DNA of 63,938 nucleotides, the filler included, from Octopus bimaculoides (Eukaryota), in assembly GCF_001194135.2 (NCBI RefSeq). It is 9 parts of 6 records of this genome, joined end to end, with 100 filler letters (N's around TTAATTAATTAA, not from the genome) between each part and the next. Parts side by side here need not be neighbours in the genome. Positions count along the whole stretch, not along the records: positions 1 to 3,500 come from NW_026430925.1; positions 3,601 to 18,476 come from NC_068983.1; 7 more parts are not named here. One strand, given 5' to 3'. Of the stretch, positions 1-10,764 are shown piece after piece. Position numbers and translations under genes: made by a program. Within the stretch, counting starts at the first letter, position 1. The number at the start of each line of letters is the position of its first letter. The notes under the pieces were generated by a model that was given only the letters and a program-made list of their open reading frames with translations, made no database searches and was not told the DNA's origin.

Positions 1-465
1 ACATACATATATATGTGTGTGTATATGAATGTATATGTGTTTATGCATATATATATACATACCTAAATTCATATACATGCACAGATTTACATACATACAT
101 CCACACACACACACTCACATATATATATGTACATATATACATGCATAAATACACATGCATACATACATGTGTGTGTGCGTGTGTGCATAAATATGCACAA
201 ATTTACATACACCCATACATATATATTTATATATATATTTCACAATGCATATACATCATCGTTATTATTATTATTATTATTATTATTATCATTATTACAT
301 TTTGGTGTTATTTAAAGATTAGCGTTACTCCCCCCCCCCTCCGAAAGTAAAGAAACCTTATGGAGAGTGTGACTGTTATCGAATAAACAATATTTCAACA
401 CTTTGTGTGTCTGCCACATGTTCAAAATAATCGTCAGGGCATTTTTGATTATTATTATTATCATA

Positions 466-551
466 TCCGGTTCGCCAGTCCTCAGTCAAATCGTCCAACC
501 CATGCTAGCATGGAAGGCGGACGTTAAACGATGATGATGATGATGATGATC
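466..551 (+). mobile_element. 3' tail of SINE (same family as 585-873 and 18577-18810) ending in (GAT)n
   Basis: ccggtt(c)gccagtcctcagtcaaatcgtccaacccatgctagcatggaaggcggacgttaaacgatgatgatg; near-identical to the tails at ~790-873 and ~18728-18810. Confidence 0.8.
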
Positions 552-584
552 GTTATTATTATTATTATTGTTGTTAGTAAGATC

Positions 585-873
585 GTTGCCAGTGCCCCTG
601 GACTGGCTCTTGTGCAGGTGGCACATAAGATGCACCATTTTGAGCGTGGCCGTTGCCAGTACCGCCTGACTGGCCTTCGTGCAGGTAACACGTAAAAGCA
701 CCCACTACACTCTTTGAGTGGTTGGCGTTAGGAAGGGCATCCAGCTGTAGAAACTCTGCCAAATTTAGATTGGAGCCTGGTGTTGCCATCCTGTTTCACC
801 AGTCCTCAGTCAAGTCGTCCAACCCATGCTAGCATGGAAGGCGGACGTTAAATGATGATGATGATGATGATGA
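585..873 (+). mobile_element. SINE body and tail, 5'-incomplete
   Basis: Colinear and highly similar to 18577-18810 (ggtggcacataa...gtggttggcgttaggaagggcatccagctgtagaaactctgcc...catgctagcatgga..(GAT)n). Confidence 0.8.
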
Positions 874-959
874 TCGTTATTATTATTATTATTATTGTTG
901 TTGTTATTCTCGTGAATTTCTTTTCTACAATACCTCAGTCTCCCCCATGACTCTCTAAA

Positions 960-1005
960 CTAATTCACTGTTTTCTTTTTTCTCTTTTCTTTTCTTTCTC
1001 TGCAG
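960..1005 (+). promoter_or_regulatory. 3' splice site (branch-point-like CTAAT, long polypyrimidine tract, TGCAG|G) opening the CSGALNACT exon at 1006
   Basis: ctaattcactgttttctttttctcttttcttttctttctctgcag|gttttg, AG at 1004-1005; a weaker alternative AG at 1039-1040. Confidence 0.7.
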
Positions 1006-1329
1006 GTTTTGGCTGTCGGCATACCAACCACTCTTCCCAGGTCACTCAACCACTCAAACACAGGACGTCACCTGCTGCTGGACCACCGGACCACCGTAAC
1101 ACTAAGAAACTCGGCCTTTCCTGATGCACAGATACTCAGTCCATTCACTCAGTTACTGACCCGCTCACTCATTGAGCAAACTCAACAACTCAGGTACACT
1201 CACTTGGCCACTGAGTCACTCAACAACTGATACCTGCTCATTCAAGCACTGAACTATTCAACCAATGAGTGACTCAGTCATTGAGGCCCTTTAACTACGA
1301 TACACCCATTTGATCACTGGGTCACTGAA

Positions 1330-1462
1330 CAACTGAGGCCCATTCGCTCAAAGACTGAGGCACGTTTGCCCAACGTCTGAGGCACGTTCGCCCAATGACT
1401 GAGGCACGTTCACTCAACGACTGAGGCACGTTCACTCAATGACTGAGGCATGCTTGCTCAAC
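1330..1462 (+). repeat. 22-bp minisatellite, ~6 diverged copies, inside the probable 5' leader
   Basis: Units such as tgactgaggcacgttcactcaa / cgactgaggcacgttcactcaa / agactgaggcacgtttgcccaa head to tail without spacers. Confidence 0.9.
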
Positions 1463-1718
1463 CACTGAGTGTCTTGGTTACTGACTTAGCCAAAACCTAA
1501 GATATGCACCCTCGACCACTGAATCTCTCACCAACTGGATTGTTCAACTACTTTGTTAACTCAATATCTAAGGCCCACTTGCTCAACAGCTGAGCTGCTC
1601 AACAACCAAGTGACTCAGCCACTGAGTCACTCAAACTCTCAACCACTCAACGGCTGAGTCACTCACCCATTAACCCCTCCAGCCACTCAGAGACACTTGG
1701 CTATGCCGTCCTCCAAAC

Positions 1719-1812
1719 ATGAAGACCATGCCTCGTATATTACTGGTACTTTTCACACTCAGTGTGGTCACGTTGATGTTGATTGCTCGTTGTGGGCTCA
1801 ACATTGACCATT
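1719..1812 (+). CDS. CSGALNACT: N-terminus of CSGALNACT: short cytoplasmic tail plus type II signal-anchor helix (continues into N gap)
   Basis: MKTMPRILLVLFTLSVVTLMLIARCGLNIDH; ATG with A at -3 (aaacATGa); hydrophobic run followed by Cys as in vertebrate CSGALNACT1/2; lies ~0.9 kb upstream of the catalytic region across the gap, about the length expected for the stem. Confidence 0.75.
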
Positions 1813-2734
1813 NNNNNNNNNNNNNNNNNNNNNNNNNNNNNNNNNNNNNNNNNNNNNNNNNNNNNNNNNNNNNNNNNNNNNNNNNNNNNNNNNNNNNNNN
1901 NNNNNNNNNNNNNNNNNNNNNNNNNNNNNNNNNNNNNNNNNNNNNNNNNNNNNNNNNNNNNNNNNNNNNNNNNNNNNNNNNNNNNNNNNNNNNNNNNNNN
2001 NNNNNNNNNNNNNNNNNNNNNNNNNNNNNNNNNNNNNNNNNNNNNNNNNNNNNNNNNNNNNNNNNNNNNNNNNNNNNNNNNNNNNNNNNNNNNNNNNNNN
2101 NNNNNNNNNNNNNNNNNNNNNNNNNNNNNNNNNNNNNNNNNNNNNNNNNNNNNNNNNNNNNNNNNNNNNNNNNNNNNNNNNNNNNNNNNNNNNNNNNNNN
2201 NNNNNNNNNNNNNNNNNNNNNNNNNNNNNNNNNNNNNNNNNNNNNNNNNNNNNNNNNNNNNNNNNNNNNNNNNNNNNNNNNNNNNNNNNNNNNNNNNNNN
2301 NNNNNNNNNNNNNNNNNNNNNNNNNNNNNNNNNNNNNNNNNNNNNNNNNNNNNNNNNNNNNNNNNNNNNNNNNNNNNNNNNNNNNNNNNNNNNNNNNNNN
2401 NNNNNNNNNNNNNNNNNNNNNNNNNNNNNNNNNNNNNNNNNNNNNNNNNNNNNNNNNNNNNNNNNNNNNNNNNNNNNNNNNNNNNNNNNNNNNNNNNNNN
2501 NNNNNNNNNNNNNNNNNNNNNNNNNNNNNNNNNNNNNNNNNNNNNNNNNNNNNNNNNNNNNNNNNNNNNNNNNNNNNNNNNNNNNNNNNNNNNNNNNNNN
2601 NNNNNNNNNNNNNNNNNNNNNNNNNNNNNNNNNNNNNNNNNNNNNNNNNNNNNNNNNNNNNNNNNNNNNNNNNNNNNNNNNNNNNNNNNNNNNNNNNNNN
2701 NNNNNNNNNNNNNNNNNNNNNNNNNNNNNNNNNA

Positions 2735-3500
2735 ATCCTTCCGCTCTCCGGACGGACAGAGACCTTCCGCCTGTTCCTCGACCGTTTTGTGCGCACTTGC
2801 ATTCTGCAGGACAAACGAGTGTTTCTCACAGTTGTGTACTTTGGCAAGGAGGGACTTTCCACGGTCAAGGACATGCTGTCAGGGATGGCCCACACTTACA
2901 AGTTTAAATATATCAAGCTGATTAGCCTGAAGGAGAAGTTCTCGCGTGGCCAAGGGCTTCAGGTTGGTGCCCTCAACTGGCGCAACGGCAATGTACTCAT
3001 GTTTTTCTGCGATGTCGACATTGTGTTCGGTGTGGACTTCTTGGAGCGATGTCGACTGAACGCAACTCCAGACAAACGGGTTTACTACCCTATTGTTTTC
3101 AGCCTGTATAACCCCAACGTCGTCTATTCCCTCCACGACATGCTCATACCCCCGGAGAAGGACCAATTGGTGATATCGAGGGACACAGGGTTCTGGAGGG
3201 ATTTCGGTTATGGAATGACGTGTCAGTACAAGTCCGACTTCCTCACCATCCGTGGATTCGACGAGCAGATCACCGGCTGGGGCGGCGAGGACGTGCTGCT
3301 CTACCAGAAGTACGTGCGCAGCAAGTACCTGGTGATAAGGGCAACGGATCCGGGGATATTCCACCTGTACCACGGAAAAACATGCGACCCCAGCCTCACT
3401 CCAAAGCAATATCGCAGCTGCATCCAATCAAAGGCCCTGAACGAGGCGTCACACGCACAGCTTGGACTCTTGGCATTCAAGGACGAAATAGACATACACC
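2735..3500 (+). CDS. CSGALNACT: Chondroitin sulfate N-acetylgalactosaminyltransferase (beta-1,4-GalNAc-T, CHGN family) catalytic domain; partial, stop codon hidden in the gap after 3500
   Basis: Open frame [40 protein letters not shown]...[11 protein letters not shown]...[11 protein letters not shown]...[11 protein letters not shown]...[19 protein letters not shown]...[13 protein letters not shown]...FHLYH...[17 protein letters not shown]; matches recalled human CSGALNACT1 ([56 protein letters not shown]). DXD motif at 3011-3019. Confidence 0.97.
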
Positions 3501-3544
3501 NNNNNNNNNNNNNNNNNNNNNNNNNNNNNNNNNNNNNNNNNNNN

Positions 3545-3556
3545 TTAATTAATTAA
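3545..3556. other. Artificial six-frame-stop spacer TTAATTAATTAA in a 100-nt gap (also 18521, 22017, 42212, 51819, 58112, 60356, 62669)
   Basis: Always 44 N + 12 nt + 44 N. Confidence 0.97.
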
Positions 3557-3600
3557 NNNNNNNNNNNNNNNNNNNNNNNNNNNNNNNNNNNNNNNNNNNN

Positions 3601-3637
<37 letters not shown>

Positions 3638-3882
3638 AATGCATATACATAGGCATGTATATATATATAGATATTTATGTATGTATACTTATGTATATGT
3701 ACATATATGTGTGCATGTGCATATTTATGTATATGTATATATGTATGTGTAAGCTTATGTATATTCATACGTTATTTGTGATTTGTATACGTGCATGCAT
3801 CATGTACATGTGTGTGTACATGGATTTATATGATCATATATATATATATATTTATATGTATACATATGCATATATTCATGTA

Positions 3883-3925
<43 letters not shown>

Positions 3926-4339
3926 NNNNNNNNNNNNNNNNNNNNNNNNNNNNNNNNNNNNNNNNNNNNNNNNNNNNNNNNNNNNNNNNNNNNNNNNNNN
4001 NNNNNNNNNNNNNNNNNNNNNNNNNNNNNNNNNNNNNNNNNNNNNNNNNNNNNNNNNNNNNNNNNNNNNNNNNNNNNNNNNNNNNNNNNNNNNNNNNNNN
4101 NNNNNNNNNNNNNNNNNNNNNNNNNNNNNNNNNNNNNNNNNNNNNNNNNNNNNNNNNNNNNNNNNNNNNNNNNNNNNNNNNNNNNNNNNNNNNNNNNNNN
4201 NNNNNNNNNNNNNNNNNNNNNNNNNNNNNNNNNNNNNNNNNNNNNNNNNNNNNNNNNNNNNNNNNNNNNNNNNNNNNNNNNNNNNNNNNNNNNNNNNNNN
4301 NNNNNNNNNNNNNNNNNNNNNNNNTATATATATACATAC

Positions 4340-4402
<63 letters not shown>

Positions 4403-4744
4403 TGTGTGTGTATAACTATAGATATACACCCACGTAGGTACTTGCATATACTTTTATTCACGGATACATGCACACACCTTTCGGAATCAAAGTTGCATGT
4501 TAGAGTTTTAAAATGTCTTGCTCGTGAAAGAACATGCCAAATATTTTATGTTAGTATAATTTTCGTTTTTCCGCTATGTTACTCAGTCTTTAGTTTTTTT
4601 CGCTCTGTAGTTTTTTTAATATTTTTCAGAGTTCTTCATATTATCTTTTCTCTTTGATATTTATAATAATAAAAGTCTTTATTATTATTCATATTATTTT
4701 GTATGGTTATGATTATAGTTTTAATAGCAATAGTAATAATAATG

Positions 4745-5010
4745 TCATACTGGGCGATTGAAGAAATTGTCTGATGTTGGTTTCACCACATCGTTAAGTA
4801 ATATTTCCTCGCTGGGTTCTCTTCTTGTTGTGAAACGTTGAGGCATGTAACGACGTGAATGACCTTCGTAAGAATATGCTTGGTTTTCCAAGCCCGAATC
4901 TATCGGTACTGCTGGGACGAATCCATGTCCGCTGCGTCGAGGTCCATTTACAGGATAAAAATGGCTCGTTTCTCGTTTAGGTGTCATCGCTGCTAACTCG
5001 CCCAGGTTAT
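4745..5010 (-). CDS. Probable terminal coding exon (cytoplasmic-tail-like) of an unidentified minus-strand gene
   Basis: Acceptor ttgttatttttcatcgtttcag| at 5011, phase 1; reads (D)NLGELAAMTPKRETSHFYPVNGPRRSGHGFVPAVPIDSGLENQAYSYEGHSRRYMPQRFTTRREPSEEILLNDVVKPTSDNFFNRPV*; GC higher than flanks; NxxY motif (ENQAY); AT-rich 3' flank with AATAAA on - strand (~4453, ~4678). Confidence 0.6.
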
Positions 5011-5181
5011 CTGAAACGATGAAAAATAACAAAATCAATGAAATATTATTAGTTATTTATTTATTACTTCAAAACATGTGAGAAGAAACAGATACAATTA
5101 TACAAATTAATGTTAATATAAATAATCGAATGAAAATACATATATGTGTGTGTGTTCGTGCGTGTGTGTGTATGTGTGTAT

Positions 5182-5224
<43 letters not shown>

Positions 5225-5236
5225 CANNNNNNNNNN

Positions 5237-5291
<55 letters not shown>

Positions 5292-5315
5292 TATCCATTC
5301 TTGTGTGCATATGAT

Positions 5316-5613
5316 GGTGCGTGGCCTAGTGGTTAAGCTATTCGGTTCGCGACCTAGACTCTGATTCCTGGCGATGAGTTGTCATTGAGCAAGACACTTT
5401 ATGTCACGTTGTTCCAGTCCACTCAGCTGGCAAAAATGAGCGGTAATTCAAAAGGCCAACCTTATCACCTATGTCACGCTTTATCTCGCTGAAAACTATG
5501 TTTTGGATACGAGTGCCTATTGAGTGTTCAGCTAGTGGCAAGTTAATTTCACAAGCAGGCTGTTCCGATGACCGGCTCAACTGGAACCCTCATCATCGTA
5601 ACCGGTGGAGTAC
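5316..5613 (+). mobile_element. tRNA-derived SINE
   Basis: Box A-like head ggtgcgtggcctagtggtta; body ...ttgagcaagacactttat...ccagtccactcagctggcaaaaatgag; 3' part similar to the minus-strand copy at 10765-11144. Confidence 0.75.
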
Positions 5614-6874
5614 CAGTTGTATACATTCATTATTTAAATTACGTTCTGAGATTTAAGTTACTATAACTACGATGATATATTTAAAATGTTTGTGCACGGA
5701 CTGTTAAAAAGTTAATTAGAAGTAAATATGTGGTGTGATAAATATAATAGAAGTAAACATTTTGGTCTTACTCTAATCTCCTGAATATACCTCACCTTCT
5801 TACGAAATTAACGATGAATGAAATAAGTCAATACACAAGATTGTGTACTGGTGTAAGGAAACAAAATATTTGGAAAGTAAATGATGCAGAAGCACCACCT
5901 GAAACAAAAATTTTAGTTAAGTATAATGCAGAGAGCCTCAAGATATTAACTATAAATATTTATGTATTAAAATAAAAAGACGATATTACTAAATTGCTAA
6001 TTTCATTATTAATGTATTCAACCGTCTCTAAATAGAGCTAAAACAGAATTGTTTAAGGATTTGACGAGGAACCCACCACCACCACCACCACTACCAACGT
6101 TCAAAACATTTCAGTATAAACAATAACAATAACGATATGTTAAACACGTGAACAATAATTATTTCTAATATATCAAAGGTTCGCTCGCAATGTTTGAGTG
6201 ATGCGATATGATCGATAAAATCGAATCCAGTACTTGATTGGTATTTACTCTACCATCTTTGAAATGACGAAAGACTGAAAAAAGAAATATGACCTGGTTA
6301 AGAATTCAACCCAGAAGTTAAGTAAACGTAAGTAATTATTGAAAGATATTTAGTCGTATCTGTTTCTGATAGTGCCATCTTCCGCTCAGAGAAAGAAGTG
6401 AAATAAAATAGTCGGAAATTGCAAGTTTTAAGAAAGAGTATGGTTGAGGAAATAGATCATTGTACTTAACTAGTAAATAGTTTATCAGTACATAGGCTTG
6501 GAAGAAGTGAACTCCAGCTGCATTTGAACTCAGACGTTACTAAACACTATTTGGAAATATGGAGAGTTCTATAGCTTCTATCTTAAAAAAGGATAATGCT
6601 ATTGAGAATAATGAAATCTTTATACATCGATGTCGGTGTTTCTGATGCAAACTCATCTCATTTGTACACAAATCAATTCAGGCATACAAAAAGAGTACAT
6701 TTCGACGACGTAAGCATCAAACCGCAAGGGAGTGATGTATGAAACAAGAGAAAATGAAAATGAAATGAAATAGGACGCAGAGAACCATTTCTTGAGTTTT
6801 GAATATAAAAATACCATTCAGATCATAATGTAAATCTATAGTAAATCAGGAAGAATTAAACTGTGAATACGCAC

Positions 6875-6903
6875 CAGAACGTCCTTCGTGAATAACAGGT
6901 GGT
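6875..6903 (-). CDS. Candidate 29-nt micro-exon of the minus-strand gene
   Basis: ctcttctatag|A CCA CCT GTT ATT CAC GAA GGA CGT TCT G|gtgcgt; ends in phase 1, so it splices in frame to 5010 (..PPVIHEGRS-D-NLGEL..); splice signals only. Confidence 0.3.
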
Positions 6904-8518
6904 CTATAGAAGAGTATCATCGACAATGCAAAACCAAAATGTACAAAATACACATAACTACATTGCAATATAACATGTGCCATTAAAGTATGATTAAAGA
7001 AACCAGAAAAAACTAAATGGGAAATAGGGAACTTTGATTTTTAATTTAGGAATATAACCATACATTTTGGAGGATAGTTGATTATACTAATACACTATAT
7101 TGACTGGTATTTATTTTATTCATGCACATTCAGCAGATAAATAAAATCCCTGTCGGGATTAGAAACTCATATTTTAAAGTGGCGCAACTAAATACGACGT
7201 TTTACCCGATGCTGTAAAGATCTTGTCTATTCGACACCATAGCGAAATGTGCAATTCGGATATAATCAAATAAGTTAACCAATGGTAAATGGAAATGAGA
7301 AAATTATATATTCAACAAAAATATATATGTATATGCTTCTAAGCCCCAGAAATATCTTGGCTAATAGGAAGGAAAAATAATATTTAATCTAGCATTCTTG
7401 GTCTTTATTGTGTAACGGAGCAGCAAAGGAGAATCGGCCAAATGGTAAACCTGCCCTTCAACCGTAAAACTTGGTATCGATCCTTCTTATATAAAGATAC
7501 AAAAGCTATTGTATCCTATCCGAATGAGGTAATATATATATATATATATATATATANNNNNNNNNNNNNNNNNNNNNNNNNNNNNNNNNNNNNNNNNNNN
7601 NNNNNNNNNNNNNNNNNNNNNNNNNNNNNNNNNNNNNNNNNNNNNNNNNNNNNNNNNNNNNNNNNNNNNNNNNNNNNNNNNNNNNNNNNNNNNNNNNNNN
7701 NNNNNNNNNNNNNNNNNNNNNNNNNNNNNNNNNNNNNNNNNNNNNNNNNNNNNNNNNNNNNNNNNNNNNNNNNNNNNNNNNNNNNNNNNNNNNNNNNNNN
7801 NNNNNNNNNNNNNNNNNNNNNNNNNNNNNNNNNNNNNNNNNNNNNNNNNNNNNNNNNNNNNNNNNNNNNNNNNNNNNNNNNNNNNNNNNNNNNNNNNNNN
7901 NNNNNNNNNNNNNNNNNNNNNNNNNNNNNNNNNNNNNNNNNNNNNNNNNNNNNNNNNNNNNNNNNNNNNNNNNNNNNNNNNNNNNNNNNNNNNNNNNNNN
8001 NNNNNNNNNNNNNNNNNNNNNNNNNNNNNNNNNNNNNNNNNNNNNNNNNNNNNNNNNNNNNNNNNNNNNNNNNNNNNNNNNNNNNNNNNNNNNNNNNNNN
8101 NNNNNNNNNNNNNNNNNNNNNNNNNNNNNNNNNNNNNNNNNNNNNNNNNNNNNNNNNNNNNNNNNNNNNNNNNNNNNNNNNNNNNNNNNNNNNNNNNNNN
8201 NNNNNNNNNNNNNNNNNNNNNNNNNNNNNNNNNNNNNNNNNNNNNNNNNNNNNNNNNNNNNNNNNNNNNNNNNNNNNNNNNNNNNNNNNNNNNNNNNNNN
8301 NNNNNNNNNNNNNNNNNNNNNNNNNNNNNNNNNNNNNNNNNNNNNNNNNNNNNNNNNNNNNNNNNNNNNNNNNNNNNNNNNNNNNNNNNNNNNNNNNNNN
8401 NNNNNNNNNNNNNNNNNNNNNNNNNNNNNNNNNNNNNNNNNNNNNNNNNNNNNNNNNNNNNNNNNNNNNNNNNNNNNNNNNNNNNNNNNNNNNNNNNNNN
8501 NNNNNNNNNNNNNNNNNN

Positions 8519-8583
<65 letters not shown>

Positions 8584-9924
8584 AAGGGAGAAAGAAATGG
8601 TGTGAAACAACGTCTGGAAGCAAGTACAACACTCCATCATAACTCAAGCTTTCATCCTGTTCTCCTAAATGCTCCCTGTTCCACCGCCAGGATAACCTGG
8701 ACCCGAGATGTTTCCTTCACGCATTATTCCAGTTCGAATGGGGATTCGAGTCAAACAGATAAGCAGAAAAAGATGACACAAATAAACTACCTTATATACC
8801 CCGAGTATACAACAGAAGATAAATATGTATTTCTTTACCTCCTGAAGAGATGTTATATTATCAAGAATGCAAATTTTGCAATTATATGATGGTTATACAC
8901 TCAAAAATTTACTAAGAAGGAGAATATAGCTCACAATTGTTCAGGAAAATATTCGTTAATATGTAATATTTAATGAGTCAAGGAATGAGACGTACTCTTC
9001 CCTAAATCAATCAATGAAAAGCTTCGCCTTCATGAAATTTGATCTATTTAAGACAGCCTATCCAAAACTATCCTAAAATCGAACTTGATGACGGCACTGG
9101 CATAATCACGAGAGAATTGAGAAAAATGTCTGTGGTATTTACCCACAGTCATTTACCTTCTGAGTTCAAATCCCACCGAGGTTAACTTTAACTTCCATCT
9201 TTCAAGGAATGAGAGAGAAAAACCCCACTGATTTAATATTTCTGTAAAGCATCCTAGTTGTCTACAGAATTATAAAAGAAGTAGAAAATTCTGAATTGAA
9301 GCAGAGTTGTTACTTGACCAGAAAATTCTTAGAACACGATTGAAATCTGTAAGAAATTTAGACTTCTTATCTATAATTTCAGACAAATTCTATAATTATA
9401 AAATCTTGATCAACAACTTGGAGAAAATATTCATTTATTATATTAGCACAAGTTCACACTGACATGGGGGAGTAGTGGAATCGATTGAATCAATTCTTAG
9501 TATTTTACAGGAGGTTTAGGTATCGACATCGAAAAAATAAAAGACAAGTGAATGTCTGTGTGAATATGTTGAAGAAAATATTAATCATAGCGTATCCTGT
9601 GTCTATTTCTCTATAATCATCAATGCTACGATTATAACCAATAGCTGTTTTTCACCATATTTGATATAGAATAAAATGGTAATCGTTATTTCAACTATTT
9701 TACTCCTAATATATATTTATAGTTCAATCAGCCAATCAACCATGCACTAATCGATCATTCAACTAAATCAATATTTAATATCCATTTATCTCACGAAAAC
9801 GCTACATGAAGAAAATGAATCGTGGAAGGCTTCTAAGTAGTTAGCTTTATGCTTTGTAATGAGAAGTATCCGTCAATGAATGATAAAGCCTATTAATTTC
9901 AAAGGAAATACAGACATAAGCTTG

Positions 9925-10076
9925 CTTGTGTGGTTAAGAACTTCGCTTCACAATCATGTAGTTCCGGTTTCGATACTAAGACGCAAGTCTAGGTGAATTC
10001 TCTATCACTGCAATCTTAGTTTCACAAATGTCTATGAGTAGATTTTGGTAGACAAAAATTACGCGAAAGAACATCA
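9925..10076 (+). mobile_element. Degraded SINE head (family of 53695-54087)
   Basis: gcttgtgtggttaagaacttcgcttcacaatcatgtagttccggtttcgat...ttggtagacaaaaatt...aaagaac then (TA)n. Confidence 0.55.
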
Positions 10077-10764
10077 TGTATATATATATATATATATATA
10101 TATANNNNNNNNNNNNNNNNNNNNNNNNNNNNNNNNNNNNNNNNNNNNNNNNNNNNNNNNNNNNNNNNNNNNNNNNNNNNNNNNNNNNNNNNNNNNNNNN
10201 NNNNNNNNNNNNNNNNNNNNNNNNNNNNNNNNNNNNNNNNNNNNNNNNNNNNNNNNNNNNNNNNNNNNNNNNNNNNNNNNNNNNNNNNNNNNNNNNNNNN
10301 NNNNNNNNNNNNNNNNNNNNNNNNNNNNNNNNNNNATGTTTTGAGACAATAATCCGACGCCTCACGCAAGGTCTGTGACAGTCACTCTTCTTAATGTAGT
10401 AAATCAGCGATCAGTCTTCTGAAAATCTGTAACCAACGAGGTTATCGTTCAAAAATACTATATAATTCCAATAAGCAGTCATGTGAAGGTATGACCCCTT
10501 ATAAATTCTTCTATAGGCTAAGGAAACAAAAGGAAGTGAAACTATTTCAAACAAAATTGAAGTACTAAAGAGATTTTTTTCTGCCTGTTTTGTGTCTAAG
10601 TCATCCTTCCCAGTGAAATTAAAGTATTTTTTGGCATAATGAATCTAATAGATTCTTCACTAAACTGCATGCATAATAAAATTTGAAATCAATGCTTCAA
10701 GTTAACGGAAGAATACTTTTGCTGTTTTTAGCATTCATCTACACTTGTTGTTGTTGTTGTTGTT

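Noticed and set aside
1009-1230. 73-aa ORF at the start of the CSGALNACT exon
   Set aside because: Non-ATG start, repetitive composition, stops well before ATG 1719; no family resemblance
1330-1462. Regular 22-bp repeats as a CRISPR-like array
   Set aside because: No unique spacers, no cas genes, eukaryotic context
3501-3600. Palindromic TTAATTAATTAA islands repeated eight times in the window
   Set aside because: Each lies exactly in the centre of a 100-nt gap (44 N + 12 + 44 N) and puts stops in all six frames: a scaffolding spacer, not biology. The 'LIN*' end of ORF 2789-3556 is therefore false.
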